A stretch of DNA of 64,000 bases from Mobula hypostoma (Eukaryota): assembly GCF_963921235.1 (NCBI RefSeq), contig NC_086100.1:204230001-204294000 (forward strand), in the 5' to 3' direction. The notes beneath the pieces are model-generated. The model was not told the DNA's origin. It ran no database searches and saw only the letters and a list, made by a program, of their open reading frames with translations. A program made the position numbers and the translations under genes. Positions 1 to 12,345 of this stretch are shown here, in pieces. The first letter of the stretch is position 1, and each line of letters opens with the position of its first letter.

Positions 1-63
1 GCCATTGCTGCTCTGTTGTCACTCCTACTTTTTCTCTTCCAAACAAGTTTGGCCAGCTTCTCT

Positions 64-665
64 GTCATAGAAACATAGAGAGAAGTTCAGGATGGAAACA
101 GGCTATTTGGCCCATCTAGTCAATGCCGAAAAAAATTTAAGCTGTCTAATACAGCTACCTGCAGCAGGACCATTGCCCTCCATACCCCTACCATCCAGGC
201 TCCCATCCAAACTTCTTTTAAATGGTGAAACCCAGCTCATATTCAACACTTGTGCTGGCATCTCATTCCACACTCTCACAACCATTTCAGTAAACAGCTT
301 TTCCAAATGTTCCCATTAAATTTTCACCTTCCCCACTTAACCATGACCTCTGGTTGTCATCCCACCCAACCTCAGTGGAAAAAGCTGCTTGCATTTACCC
401 TGTCTATACCTTCATAATTTTGTATACATCTAACAAATCCTCAAGGCAATGTATAATTTCCTTGTTTATGTTTAGAGCCATTTTTAGTTGTACAAGATGA
501 GGATGATGTACAATGTACAAGATGTACATTGATCGTGTGGCGAGCCAGAGGTTTCTTCCCAGGACTGAACTGGCTAACACGAGAGGACATAGTTTTAAGG
601 TGCTTGGAGATAGATACCGAGGAGATGTCAGGGGTAAATTTTTCACAAATAGACTGGTGGGTGCC
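64..665. mobile_element. Composite of two CR1 LINE 3' fragments (minus ~64-445, plus ~505-665)
   Basis: ORF 103..306(-) FTEMVVRVWNEMP and ORF 513..791(+) TRGHSFKV..GKFFT resemble the CR1 ORF2 C-terminus; CATAGAAA-type tail at ~66. Confidence 0.8.
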
Positions 666-1011
666 ACTGCCAGCTATTTGCATGAAAGTGTTTCAGTGAG
701 TGTGGGGCCAGAAACCCATGCAGCTCATTGGGAACAGGGAATAATACTGATGGAGAGAGTCAAACTGAGCCAGGTCACAGATTGGAGATGATAGAAATGC
801 CCCATTCTTATAGAGACAGGAAGAGCCACAGAGAGCTTGATGGTCATTCCAGGTACCAGCACTGTGCCCTGTTAGAAGATAATTTCTCTCTGCAACTTAG
901 ATTGAACTTTACTGTAACATTGTGATGCCAGATCACACCTTGATAACTCAAGTGATCTCATCTGAAATGTTGTCCTACACCCACTGATGGATTTTGTAAA
1001 ACTCATTACAG

Positions 1012-1415
1012 GTTAAAAATGACGAGGAATTTGTCTACAGGAATCTTGATCACAACACACCAGTTTTGCTGTCTCTGTCCAGATATTTAAGAAGTGGAAC
1101 AAAGGGATCAGTCGATCATCCTTCCTGTTCAGACTGTGGGGAGGGATTCACTCAATCATCTGACTGACTGGCATACCTGTCATTTTACACAGGGGAACCC
1201 AATCATCTGCTCAGACAGTGGGAGTGGATTCAGTTGATCATTTCACCTGAAGTTACATCATCAGGTTCACGCTGGGACAAGGCCATTCACCTGTTCTGTG
1301 GGTGAGAAGGGATTCAGTCAGTCTTCCCACCTGTGGACACCAGTCAGTTCACAGTGGGCAGAGGCTGGTCATCTGCTGAATTTGTGGGGAAGGATTCACT
1401 TGGTCATCTGACCAA
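1012..1415 (+). other. 5' part of the ZNF terminal exon, with degenerate C2H2 fingers
   Basis: Acceptor-like CTCATTACAG|G at 1002-1012; finger relics such as CSDCGEGFTQSSD* with stops and frameshifts upstream of ATG 1416. Confidence 0.6.
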
Positions 1416-2537
1416 ATGGCTCACCGGCGAGTTCACAACGGAGAGCAGCTGTTCACCTGCTTGGACTGTGGGAATGGATTCACCTCCTCATCTAAACTGA
1501 AGATACATCAGCGAGTTCACACTGGAGAGAAGCCGTTCGCCTGCTCGGACTGTGGGAAGGGATTCACTCGGTCATCCAACCTAATGGCACACCAGTCGGT
1601 TCACACCACTGAGCGGCCGTTCACCTGCTCGGACTGTGGGAAGGGATTTACTTGCTCATCCCAACTGAAAGTACATCAGCGAGTTCACACTGGGGAGCGG
1701 CCGTTCACCTGCTTGAATTGTGGGAAGGGATTCACTAAATCATCTCACCTACTGAGACACCAGTCAGTTCACACCGGGGAGTGGCCATTCACCTGCTCAG
1801 TCTGTGGGAAGGGATTCACTGAATCATCTTCCCTACAGAGACACCAGTCAGTACACACTGGGAAGTGGCAGTTCACCTGCTCAGACTGTGGAAAGGGATT
1901 CAATCGGTCATCTCACCTAGTGACACACCAGTCAGCCCACACAGGGAAATGGCCGTTCACCTGCTCAGTCTGTGGGAAGGGATTCATTTTGTCATCTCAA
2001 CTGCAGGTACATCAGCGAGTTCACACTGGGGAGAGGCCGTTCACCTGCTCAGATTGTGGGAAGGGATTCACTTGCTCATCTCATCTGAAGGTACACCAGC
2101 GAGTTCACACTGGGGAGCGGCCGTTCACCTGCTCAGACTGTGGGAAGGGTTTCACTTTGTCATCTCAACTGAAGGTACATCAGCGAGTTCACACTGGGGA
2201 GAGGCCATTCACCTGCTCAGAATGTGGGAAACGATTCACTCAGTCATCTCAACTGAAGGTACATCAGCGAGTTCACACTGGGGAGAGGCCGTTCAACTGC
2301 TCAGACTGTGGGAAGGGATTCACTTCGTCATCTCAACTGAAGGTACATCAGCGAGTTCACACTGGGGAGAGGCCGTTCACCTGCTCAAAGTGTGCGAAAG
2401 GATTCACTCAGTCATTTCAACTGAAGGTACATCAGCGAGTTCACACTGGGGAGAGGCCGTTCACTTGGTCAGTGTGTGAGAAGGGATTCACTCGGTCATC
2501 TCAACTACAGAGACACCAGCGAGTTCACACCAGGTAG
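1416..2537 (+). CDS. Tandem C2H2 zinc-finger protein, 373 aa (12 canonical fingers plus a 13th with C>W)
   Basis: Repeated CxxCxxxFxxxxxLxxHxxxH units with TGERPF/TGEKPF linkers; uninterrupted ORF from an ATG. Confidence 0.9.
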   Translation: MAHRRVHNGEQLFTCLDCGNGFTSSSKLKIHQRVHTGEKPFACSDCGKGFTRSSNLMAHQSVHTTERPFTCSDCGKGFTCSSQLKVHQRVHTGERPFTCLNCGKGFTKSSHLLRHQSVHTGEWPFTCSVCGKGFTESSSLQRHQSVHTGKWQFTCSDCGKGFNRSSHLVTHQSAHTGKWPFTCSVCGKGFILSSQLQVHQRVHTGERPFTCSDCGKGFTCSSHLKVHQRVHTGERPFTCSDCGKGFTLSSQLKVHQRVHTGERPFTCSECGKRFTQSSQLKVHQRVHTGERPFNCSDCGKGFTSSSQLKVHQRVHTGERPFTCSKCAKGFTQSFQLKVHQRVHTGERPFTWSVCEKGFTRSSQLQRHQRVHTR

Positions 2538-4069
2538 GGGCCGATCACCTGCATGCTAGATATTTGTCCATCACCATTGCTGAATGCAATTTTGAGAGTG
2601 ACTGTCGGTGCTGAACTCTGCAATTATTGGTGCTGTTCACAACACCCAGTTCTGCACCCTGGTCACTGGGCATGGGAGGAGTTTCTTCTGCTGCATATTC
2701 ACTTTTAATGGGACTGGAGTTTAATATTCAACCAGACAAAGAAATCAGTTCTATTTTAAACTCTGTCTCTGGTACTTAGTGAATTTATAACACATCTAGT
2801 GTACAGTAGAGAGTCAACTCAGGCCGGCTGGACCCTGCCAGTGATTCTGTTCCACGAAAGTCCTTTTAAATCCTCCCCTGTTGTTCCCCTCTCACTCTCC
2901 CTGTGGTGATGGGTTCCAAACAGTCACCACTCTGCGTGAAGAGGTTTCCCTTGAATGTTCTGCACACTGAAGAAGTCAATATGACTGCAGTTCTGTTTGA
3001 GATGTTCTTTGCCCCTCAGATCTATGGGCTAAGGAAGAATGGTTTTATCTATTGAGGGAGTTGTTCCTGCTTTTTTATCCTGTAATATTATATCTGATGG
3101 TTATTATGGATTGTCCTATCTGAAATAATGTATTGATTATCAAATAATTTGTTAGATTTTGACTCTAAAACTGGATCAGGCTTGAATTTATGGTGTCTTT
3201 ATGAAGTGTTGGACGGCATTCTTGAGTTTGTATTTTAAAGCAAGATTTTGGTGAATGATATTTGCCACTAGATTGTACCTTTGTAAGTAATCAGATTGAG
3301 TTAAACTGCTGCAGGATCCTGCAATATGAATTGTGTCTGGTTTCTCTTGGGATTTTCTGTACTTACTGTCTTGCTTGTTTGTATTTCATGTATTTTTGAT
3401 CTTTTTTCCTTTTGTTAACCACCTTGTCCAGTATCTCTGCAAGGAACCCCTCTGTTTCTGAGAAGAGGTCTCCAACTCTCAGTCAGGTGCTCGATGCTTC
3501 CTTGTCACCATCTCGTCTGCTCAGATCATTGGGATGTCTCCCACGGAGGGTCATACTCATTCCACTGGTTAATGTTTTCTTCCATAGTGATGATTCATTT
3601 TTCTGAGTTAGCCTCTCATTTAAATTTTCTGGTATGTATTTATTATCACGATTGCATGTACACTCATGGAGTGCTGAATTTTGTTCATTTTTGATGAAAA
3701 TATATACTTAGAAGTTTTATCTGACTGTTGTGTGATTACTTTTCTTCATATGTGTTATTTCTCTTCCTCCTTCTGTCCAAGGTTATGTTAATTTAAGTGG
3801 GTTTGAGTGTAAATAGTCTTTTCTAAAGTTCTTATTTATCTTTGTAAAATTTACTGATTGAAATGGGACCAAGATATTTTTATTTTAAAAAAAATGTCAG
3901 TATTGGTATTGATGAAAATATTTATTGCCTTTGTATTTCTTAAGTATTGTGCTCTGTTTGGCCATTTTTTTTTTAAACCTTGAACTAAATTTTGTCAAAG
4001 GTTTTCCCTGTGTTGCACTACTTTCTATTTTCTTTGTTTGCTGATATCCCAGATACATGGGTATCAAGA

Positions 4070-4200
4070 TTCCCGATGAAGGGTCTTGACCCGAAATGAT
4101 GATTCCCATCCATAGATGCTGCCTGACATGCTGAGTTCCTCCAGCACTTCCTGTGTGTAGTTCTCTAGATTTCTAGCATCTGCAGGTCCTCTCGTTTCCC
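4070..4200 (+). mobile_element. Short Penelope-derived 3' tail with degenerate hammerhead
   Basis: GATGAAGGGTCTTGACCCGAAA followed by GATGCTGCCTGACATGCTGAGTTCCTCCAGCA, the tail shared with the PLE copies. Confidence 0.65.
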
Positions 4201-4259
4201 AGTTACTTATATTTCTTGAAAGAACAAGCTGGTAGTGGGGTTTGAAAGAACAAGCTGGT

Positions 4260-5790
4260 AGTGGGGTTGTGTGGCTCTGTTGGTAAAGTATTAAATTAAA
4301 TCATTAGAAAGAGGTGGCATAGGGTTGGAAGGTGTAGAATCTGTGGGTAGAATTAAAGAACAGCAAATGTAAAATGTAAAGGTGGGCACGTGGCCAAGTG
4401 GTTAAGGCATTGGACTAGCTACCTGAAGGTCGTGAGTTCGAGCCCCAGCCGAGGGAATGTGTTGTGTCCTTAAGCAAGGTACTTAATCACACATTGCTCT
4501 GCGACGACACTGGTGCCAAGCTGTATGGGTCCTAATGCCCTTCCCTTGAACAACATTGGTGTCGTGGAGAGGGGAGACTTGCAGCATGGGCAGCTGCTGG
4601 TCTTCCATACAACCTTACCCAGGCCTGTGCCCTGGAGAGTGAAGACTTTCCAGGTGCAGATCCATGGTCTCGCAAGACTAACGGATGCCTTTACTTTACT
4701 AAATGTAAAAAAAAATCCCTGATGGGAATTGTATAGAGGCCAACAAACAGTATGTGGTCCACAAATTAAAATGGGAGATATAAAATGCATGCCAAAAGGG
4801 CAATGATAGAATAGTCATGGGGAATTGTTATGCAGGTGATTAGGAAAATTAAGATGGTGTTGGTCTCGAGGAGGAATTCCTAGAATGCCTACAAGATGCT
4901 TTTTTAGAGCAGCTTGTGGTTGAGCCCACTTGGGGATCAGCTATTCTGGACTGGATGTTGTAAGGAACTGGAATTAAGTAGGTCACTTAAGTTCAAAGAA
5001 CCCTTAGGGGCAAGTGATCTTAATATGATCAAATTCACCCTGACATTAGAGAAAGAGAAGCTAAAGTCAGATGTGGAATAAAGAGAATTAGAGAGGCATG
5101 AGAGGAAAAATTGGTCAAAATTGATTTGAAAAGAACCCGGGCAGGGATGAAAACAGAGCAGCAACGGCTGGAATTTCTGGAAGCAATTCGGAAGGCACAG
5201 GATATAGACATCACAAAGAAGAGGTAGTATTCTAAAGGTAAGGTGACAAAACCGTGGCTGATAAGAGAAACCAAAGACAACATAAAAACTAAAGAGAGGG
5301 CATAGAGCAAAAATTACTAGGAAGTTTCAGGATTGGGAAGCACATAAAAACCAACAGAATGCAACTAAAATAATTAAGGAAAAGATGGAATACATAGCTG
5401 AGCTAGCCAGTAATATTAAAGAGGATACCAAATTTTGCTTCTGGTACATAGAGTGTAAAAAAGAGGTGGAAGTGGATATCAAACCACTGAAGAAATGATG
5501 CTGGAGAGGTAGTAATGGGGTGGGGGTGCAAGGTGATGGCAACTGAACCGAATAAGTATTGTACATCACTCTGATCTGTCGAAGACACTGGCAGGAATAT
5601 GGAAGTCCCAGATGTCAGTGGTCAGAATGTGTAAAGTTACGTTACTCGGGAGAAGGTTCTTGGGAAACAGAGATGGTCTGAAGTTAATAAGTCACCTGGA
5701 CCAGATGGTGTACACTCCAGAGCTCTGAAGGAGGTGGCTGAAGAGATGTAGAGGCATTAGCAATGACCTTTCAAGAATCGTGAAGGAAAT
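4260..5790 (+). mobile_element. Degenerate CR1 ORF2 fragment (endonuclease to tether), interrupted by the SINE
   Basis: FLECLQDAFLEQLVVEPT-, SDLNMI- and KSPGPDG-like relics with many stops. Confidence 0.7.
4381..4700 (+). mobile_element. tRNA-derived SINE with CORE-like segment
   Basis: Pol III A box TGGCCAAGTGG, B box GTTCGAGCC, GTGTCCTTAAGCAAGGTACTTAA core, (CTTTA)n tail, TSD AAATGTAAA at 4372-4380 and 4701-4709. Confidence 0.85.
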
Positions 5791-5809
5791 TATATCCTAA
5801 GAAGTTCTT

Positions 5810-6050
5810 TCCTTCACAACTCCCCCCTCCCAGTTTCACCTATCACTGACCACTTCCTCCACCCCTTTCATCCCCACACTTCTTCCTCTGACGTCTCATC
5901 TTTTTTTTCCCCAGTCCTGATGAAGTTTCCCGGCCCGAAACGTCGACTGTTTACTATTTCCCATATATGCTGCCTGGCCTCCTAGGTTCCTGCAGCATTT
6001 TGTGTATGTGTTGCTTGGATATCCAGCATCTGCAGATTTTCTCCTGTTTT
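5810..6050 (+). mobile_element. Penelope-derived 3' tail with hammerhead motif
   Basis: CAGTC CTGATGA ... GAAACGTC GACTG at 5912-5949 followed by the common PLE tail. Confidence 0.75.
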
Positions 6051-6364
6051 TGATAAAAGCAAAAGTGGGGTCATATAATATAGCAAGAAAATAGTGGGAA
6101 CTTAGAGGATTGGAAAGCTTTAACATAACCAGCAGGAGACAAGTTAAGAAAAACACACAGGGAGACAAGATGATAAGGTAAGGTAAGTGAGCCAATAATA
6201 TCAAGTATCAAAAGTTGTTCAGATATATAAAGAGTGAAAGAGAGGCAAGAGTTGATATTGTACTGTTGGAAGATGATGTTAGCAAGTTAGCAACAGAGCA
6301 AAGAAATAGCGGCCGAATGTAATAAGTATTTTGTGTCAATCTTCACTGTGTAAGACACTAGCAG

Positions 6365-9180
6365 TATAAGACCATAAGGCATAGGAGCAGAATTAGGCCA
6401 TTCAGCTCATCGAGTCTGCTCCACTGTTCTATCACGTCTGATCCCGGTTCTCACTCAACCCCATGCACCTGCCTCCTCTGCGTATCCTGTAATGCCCTGA
6501 CTGATCAGCAACTATTGGCTTCTGCCTTAAATGTACCCATAGACATGACCCCCACTGCCGTCTGCTTCAGAGAATTCCACAGGTTCACTACTCTCTGACT
6601 AAATAAAATCCTCCTTAACTACTATGAAAGTTCACTCCTCAGTTTTGAGGCTGCGACCTCTGTTATGGCTACCCGACCATACGAAAAGTCCCCTCCTCAT
6701 CCACCCTGTCTAGACATTTCCACACTTGGTGGGTTTCAGTGAGATTTAACACCCACTCCCTGCATTTATTAAACATAGGTCAGTGCAGGAGTACAGACCC
6801 AAGGCTGGCAAACACTCCTCATATCTTAACCCCTTCATTCCCAGAATAATCTTCTTGAACATCCTCTGGGCTCTCTCCAACAACAACACACCTTTTCTAA
6901 GATATGGGTTCCAAATACTCAAAGTGCGGCCTAAGTAGTGTCTTATAAAGTGTCAGCATTATGTCCTTGCTTATATATTCTACTTCACTTTAAATAAATG
7001 CCAACATTGCATTTGCCTTCTTTACCACAGACTCAACCTCTAAATTAACCTTCAGGGAGTCTTGCCCGAGGACTCACTTCCTTCTGTACTTCTGTTGTTT
7101 GAACCTTCTTCCAAATCAGATAATAGTTCACTATTGTTCCTTTTGCTAAAATGCATTATCGTACATTTCCCAATATTATATTCCATCAGTCACTTTTTTG
7201 CCCATTCTTCAAATTCCATTATCCAAATCATTAACAAACAATGTGAAAAGTAGCGGACCAAATACTGACTATGAAGATCACTAGTCACTGCTAGCCAACC
7301 AGAAAAGGCCCCTTTCATTCCCACTCACGACGCCTTGGCTGTCAGCCATTCCTCTATCAATGCCAGTATTTCTTCTGATTTTTATCCCGTTTAGCAGTCT
7401 CATGTGTGACACCTTATCAGATGTCTTCTGAAAATCCAAGTAAGTGATATCCAGTGCCTCTCAACAGACAGGATCTCCCGGTAGCCAGCCACTTCAACTC
7501 TGCTTCCCATTCCCATTTGGCTATGTCCATGCATGGCCTCCTCTATTGCCATGATGAGACTAAACTCAGGTTGGAGGAGCAACACCTCATATACCATCTA
7601 GGTAGTCTCAAGCCCCTTGGTATGAACATAGAATTCTCCAACTTCCTGTAAATCCCTCCCCTTCCATTCCTCTATCTCTATTTCACTCTGCCCCCTCGCC
7701 CAGCTGCCTATCACCTCCCCCATGGTTCCACCTCCTTCTAATACCCATTGTGTTTTCCCCTAATCCTCCTTCATCTTTCTTGCCTGTCACCTCCCTGCTT
7801 CCCCTCCCCCACCCCACCCCTTTCCCCTTACTGGTTTTTCACCTGGAACTTACCAGCCTTCTCCTTCCCACCCTCCCCACACCTTCTTTATAGGGCCTCT
7901 GCCCCTTCCCTCTTCAGTCCTGACGATGCTGCCTGACCTGCTGAGTTCCTCCAGCGTGTTGTGAGTGATCCAGTGCCTCTCATTTATCCATCCTGCTTAT
8001 AACTTCCTCGAAGAACTGTAACAGATTTGCCAGGCAAGACTTCCCTGCACAGAAGCTATGCTGGCTTTGACTTATTTTATAATCCTAGTACCCCAAAACC
8101 TCATTTGTTATGAAAGACTCCAACACTTTCCCAGCTACTGAGGTTAGGCTAACTGTACTATAACTTGCTTTCTTTTGCCTTCCTCCTTTCTCATATGGTG
8201 GATTGACATTTGTAATCTTACTGTCGTCTGGCACCATGCCAGAATCAAGTGATTCTTGACAGGTCGTGACCAATGCATCTGTTATCTCTTTTGCAACTTC
8301 TCTCAGGACTCTGGGATGTAGTCCATCTGGTCCAGGTGACAATCCGCTTCAAGAACCTGAGTTTGACTAGCACGTTTTCCTTTGTAATAGTAATAGCACT
8401 CACTCCTGCTCCCTGACACTCACGGGTCTCTGGAACACTGCTGGAACACTGCTTTGTCTTCCACAGAGAAGATGGATGCAAAGTACCTATTAAGTTCATC
8501 TACCAACTCTTCCCCATTTCTACCTCATGAGCATCATCTTCCAGTGGTCCAATATCAAGTCGCCTCCTGTTCGCATTTTTTAAATAATGGTTAATATTAT
8601 TGTGCAGTTTGCCCTCATATTTCACCTTTTCCCTTCTTATAGCTTTTTCTTAGTTGTCTTTTGTTGGATTGTAAAAGCTACCGAATTATATAACTTCCTA
8701 CTCAATTTTGCTACCTTATAAGCACTTTCCTTGGCTTTTATACAGTCCTTAACTTCCATTGTCAGCCACGGTAGCCTCGCCCCACTGTTTGAGAACTTCT
8801 TCTGTTAGAGACATCCATTCTGTACATTATGAACTATTCTCAGAAACGTCAGCCATTTCTGCTCTGGCGTCATCCCCACGAGTATCCTTCTCCAGTCCAC
8901 CTGAGAATCGCCTCTCTTATGCCTCTGTAATTCTGTTTATTCCATTGCGATATTACGCATGTGACCCGTGCTTTTTCCTCACAATTTGCAGCAGGAATTC
9001 AATCATATTATGATACTGCCTTCTAATGGTTCCTTCACATTAACCTCCCTCATAAGGTCCAGGTTATTACACAACACCCAATCTGAGATAGCCGTTCCCC
9101 GAGTAGGCTGAACCATCAGCTGCTCTAAAAAGCCATTTCCTAAGCATTCAATACATTCCCTCTATTGGGATCTGACTTAC
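6365..9180 (-). mobile_element. Degenerate CR1 (ORF2 to 3' tail), interrupted by a PLE fragment
   Basis: ATAAGACCATAAG tail at ~6367; ORF 8085..8342(-) SPGPDGLHPRVLREVA..VSLTSVAGK. Confidence 0.8.
7464..7967 (+). mobile_element. Penelope (PLE) 3' fragment: GIY-YIG C-terminus plus tail
   Basis: QDLPVASHFNSASHSH..RLEEQHLIYHLGSLKPLGMN; 15-bp TSD ATCCAGTGCCTCTCA at 7449-7463 and 7968-7982. Confidence 0.85.
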
Positions 9181-9444
9181 CCAATTCTCCTGCAGATTGA
9201 TATCACCGACTACAATTGTGTCATTAAATTTATTTCATAAATACCAAACATTCAGGAGTATCTGGGGCAGAAGTGAGGATAAACGCTTTTACCATGGAGA
9301 GAAGGTGTTTTGGAAGCTGAAAGGCCTGAAGGTAGATAAGACTCCTGGACCAGTAGGTGAACACCCCAGGGTTCAGAAAGAGGTAGCTGTAGAGATTGTG
9401 AAGGCATTAGAGTCATAGAACACTACAAGACAGGAAAATGCCAT

Positions 9445-9729
9445 TGTAGCGACCCACTTTCTGGCACACACGAACCGGCTCACAACAGCGCGCGCAGGCA
9501 GAGGGCCGGCCCCAAAAAGGGCGCCAGGCTATCTTCAACAGCAGGGGGAAAATCCCAGGCGCGGAAAGTGTCTGAGAATTTGCATTCCCCACAGTAATCC
9601 CGCCCAGGGAGGGCGGGAACGGGAAGGCTTTAAAGCAGGCCGCGAAGTTTGAATAAATGTCTTTCATCGCAACTCCAGCTCACCGACTCCGTGTGGTTAT
9701 TCCAGCGCTGTGTGTAGCACACCGCTACA
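9445..9729 (+). repeat. Gypsy 5' LTR
   Basis: TGTAGCG...CGCTACA with internal AATAAA; direct repeat of 22020-22304. Confidence 0.95.
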
Positions 9730-9731
9730 TT

Positions 9732-9745
9732 TGGTGACCCCGACG
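9732..9745 (+). promoter_or_regulatory. Primer-binding site, tRNA-Trp
   Basis: TGGTGACCCCGACG 2 nt after the LTR, complementary to the tRNA-Trp 3' end. Confidence 0.9.
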
Positions 9746-9758
9746 GCCCAAACCATAT

Positions 9759-12338
9759 TAGAAACACAGAAACATAGAAAATAGGTGCAGGAGTAGGCCA
9801 TTCGGCCCTTCGAGCCTGCACTGCCATTTACTATGATCATGGCTGATCATCCAACTCAGAACCCTGCACCAGCCTTCCCTCCATACCCCGTGATCCCCGA
9901 AGCCACAAGGGCCATATCTAACTCCCTCTTAAATATAGCCAATGAATTGGCCTCAACTGTTTCCTGTGGCAGAGAATTCCACGGATTCAGCGCTCTCTGT
10001 GTGAAGAAGTTTTTCCTAATCTAGGTCCTAAAAGACTTCCCCTTTATCCTCAAACTGTGACCCCCTCGTTCTGGACTTCCCCAAGATCGGGAACAATCTT
10101 CCTGCATCTAGCCTGTCCAATCCCTTTAGGATTTTATACGTTTCAATCAGATACCCCCTCAATCTTCTAAATTCCAACGAGTACAAGCCTAGTTCATCCA
10201 GTCTTTCTTCATATGAAAGTCCTGCCATCCCAGGAATCAATCTGGTGAACCTTCTTTGTACTCCCTCTATGGCAAGGATGTCTTTCCTCAGATTAGGAGA
10301 CCAAAACTGCACACAATACTCCAGGTGTGGTCTCACCAAGGCCTTGTACAACTGCAGTAGTACCTCCCTGCTCCTGTACTCAAAACCTCTCGCTATAAAT
10401 GCCAGCATACCATTCGCCTTTTTCACCGCCTGCTGTACCTGCATGCCCACTTTCAATGACTGGTGTATAATGACACCCAGGTCTCGTTGCACCTCCCCTT
10501 TTCCTAATCGGCCACCATTCAGATAACAATCTGTTTTCCTATTTTTGCCACCAAAGTGGATAACTTCACATTTATCCACATTAAATTGCATCTGCCATGA
10601 ATTTTCCCACTCACCCAACCTATCCAAGTCACCCTGCTTCCTCTTAGCATCCTCCTCACAGCAAACACTGCCGCCCAGCTTCGTGTCATCCGCAAACTTG
10701 GAGATGCTGCATTTAATTCCCTCATCCAAGTCATTAATACATATTGTAAACAACTGGGGTCCCAGCACTGAGCCATGCCATACCCCACTAGTCACTGCCT
10801 GCCATTCTGAAAAGGTCCCGTTTATTCCCACTCTGCTTCCTGTCTGCTAACCAATTCTCTAGCCACATCAATACCTTACCCCCAATACCGTGTGCTTTAA
10901 GTTTGCACACTAATCTCCTGTGTGGGACCTTGTCAAAAGCCTTTTGAAAATCCAAATATACCACATCCACTAGTTCTCCCCTATCCACTCTGCTAGTTAC
11001 ATCCTCAAAAAATTCTATGAGATTCGTCGGACATGATTTTCCTTTCACAAATCCATGCTGACTTTGTCCGATGATTTCACCTCTTTCCAAATGTGCTGTT
11101 ATCACATCTTTGATAACTGACTCCAACAGTTTCCCCACCACGGACGTCAGGCTAACCGGTCTATAATACCCCGGTTTCTCTCTCCCTCCTTTTTTAAAAA
11201 GTGGGGTTACATTAGCCACCCTCCAATCCTCAGGAACTAGTCCAGAATCTAACGAGTTTTGAACAATTATCACTAATGCATCCGCTATTTCTTGGGCTAC
11301 TTCCTTAAGCACTCTGGGATGCAGACCATCTGGCCCTGGGGATTTATCTGCCTTTAATCCCTTCAATTTACCTAACACCACTTCCCAACTAACATGTATT
11401 TCGCTCAGTTCCTCCATCTCACTGGACCCTCTGTCCCCTACTATTTCTGGAAGATTATTTATGTCCTTCTTGGTGAAGACAGAACCAAAGTAATTATTCA
11501 ATTGGTCTGCCATGTCCTTGCTCCCCATAATCAATTCACCTGTTTCTGTCTGTAGGGGACCTACATATGTCTTTACCAGTCTTTTCCTTTTCACATATCT
11601 ATAAAAGCTTTTACAGTCTGTTTTTATGTTCCCTGCCAGTTTTCTCTCATAATCTTTTTTCCCCTTCCTAATTAAGCCCTTTGTCCTCCTCTGCTGAACT
11701 CTGAATTTCTCCCAGTCCTCAGGTGAGCCACTTTTTCTGGCTAATTTGTATGCTACTTCTTTGGAATTGATACTATCCCTAATTTCTCTTGTCAGCCACG
11801 GGTGCACTACCTTCCTTGATTTATTCTTTTGCCAAACTGGGATGAACAATTGTTGTAGTTCATCCATGCAATCTTTAAATGCTTGCCATTGCATATCCAC
11901 CGTCAATCCTTTAAGTGTCATTTGCCAGTCTATCTTAGCTAATTCACGTCTCATACCATCAAAGTTACCCCTCTTTAAGTTCAGAACCTTTGTTTCTGAA
12001 TTAACTATGTCACTCTCCATCTTAATGAAGAATTCCACCATATTATGGTCACTCGTACCCAAGGGGCATCTCACGACAATATTGCAAATTAACCTTTCCT
12101 CATTGCTCAAAACCCAGTATAGAATAGCCTGCTCTCTCGTTGGTTCCTCGACATGTTGGTTCAAAAAACCATCCCGCATACATTCCAAGAAATCCTCTTC
12201 CTCAGTACCTTTACCAATTTGGTTCACCCAATCTACATGTAGATTGAAGTCACCCATTATAACTGCTATTCCTTTATTGCACAAATTTCTAGTTTCCTGT
12301 TTAATACCATCTCCGACCTCACTACTACTGTTAGGTGG
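9759..12338 (-). mobile_element. 5'-truncated CR1 inserted in the Gypsy leader; ORF2 split by a frameshift
   Basis: ORFs 10788..12284 (GDFN, SDH, KSPGPDG, YLDFQKAFD) and 10028..10831 (FADD); AGAAACAT-type tail at ~9760-9780. Confidence 0.92.
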
Positions 12339-12345
12339 GCCAGAG

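Noticed and set aside
1865..2479. 204-aa alternative-frame ORF with [11 protein letters not shown] repeats
   Set aside because: Shadow frame of the 84-bp zinc-finger repeats
3000..4060. AT-rich region that may be an ancient TE
   Set aside because: Too degenerate to assign by eye
4216..4268. 26-bp tandem duplication
   Set aside because: Two copies with no spacer; ordinary slippage, not a CRISPR-like array
4381..4455. Possible tRNA gene
   Set aside because: Poor cloverleaf; it continues into a SINE body with tail and TSD
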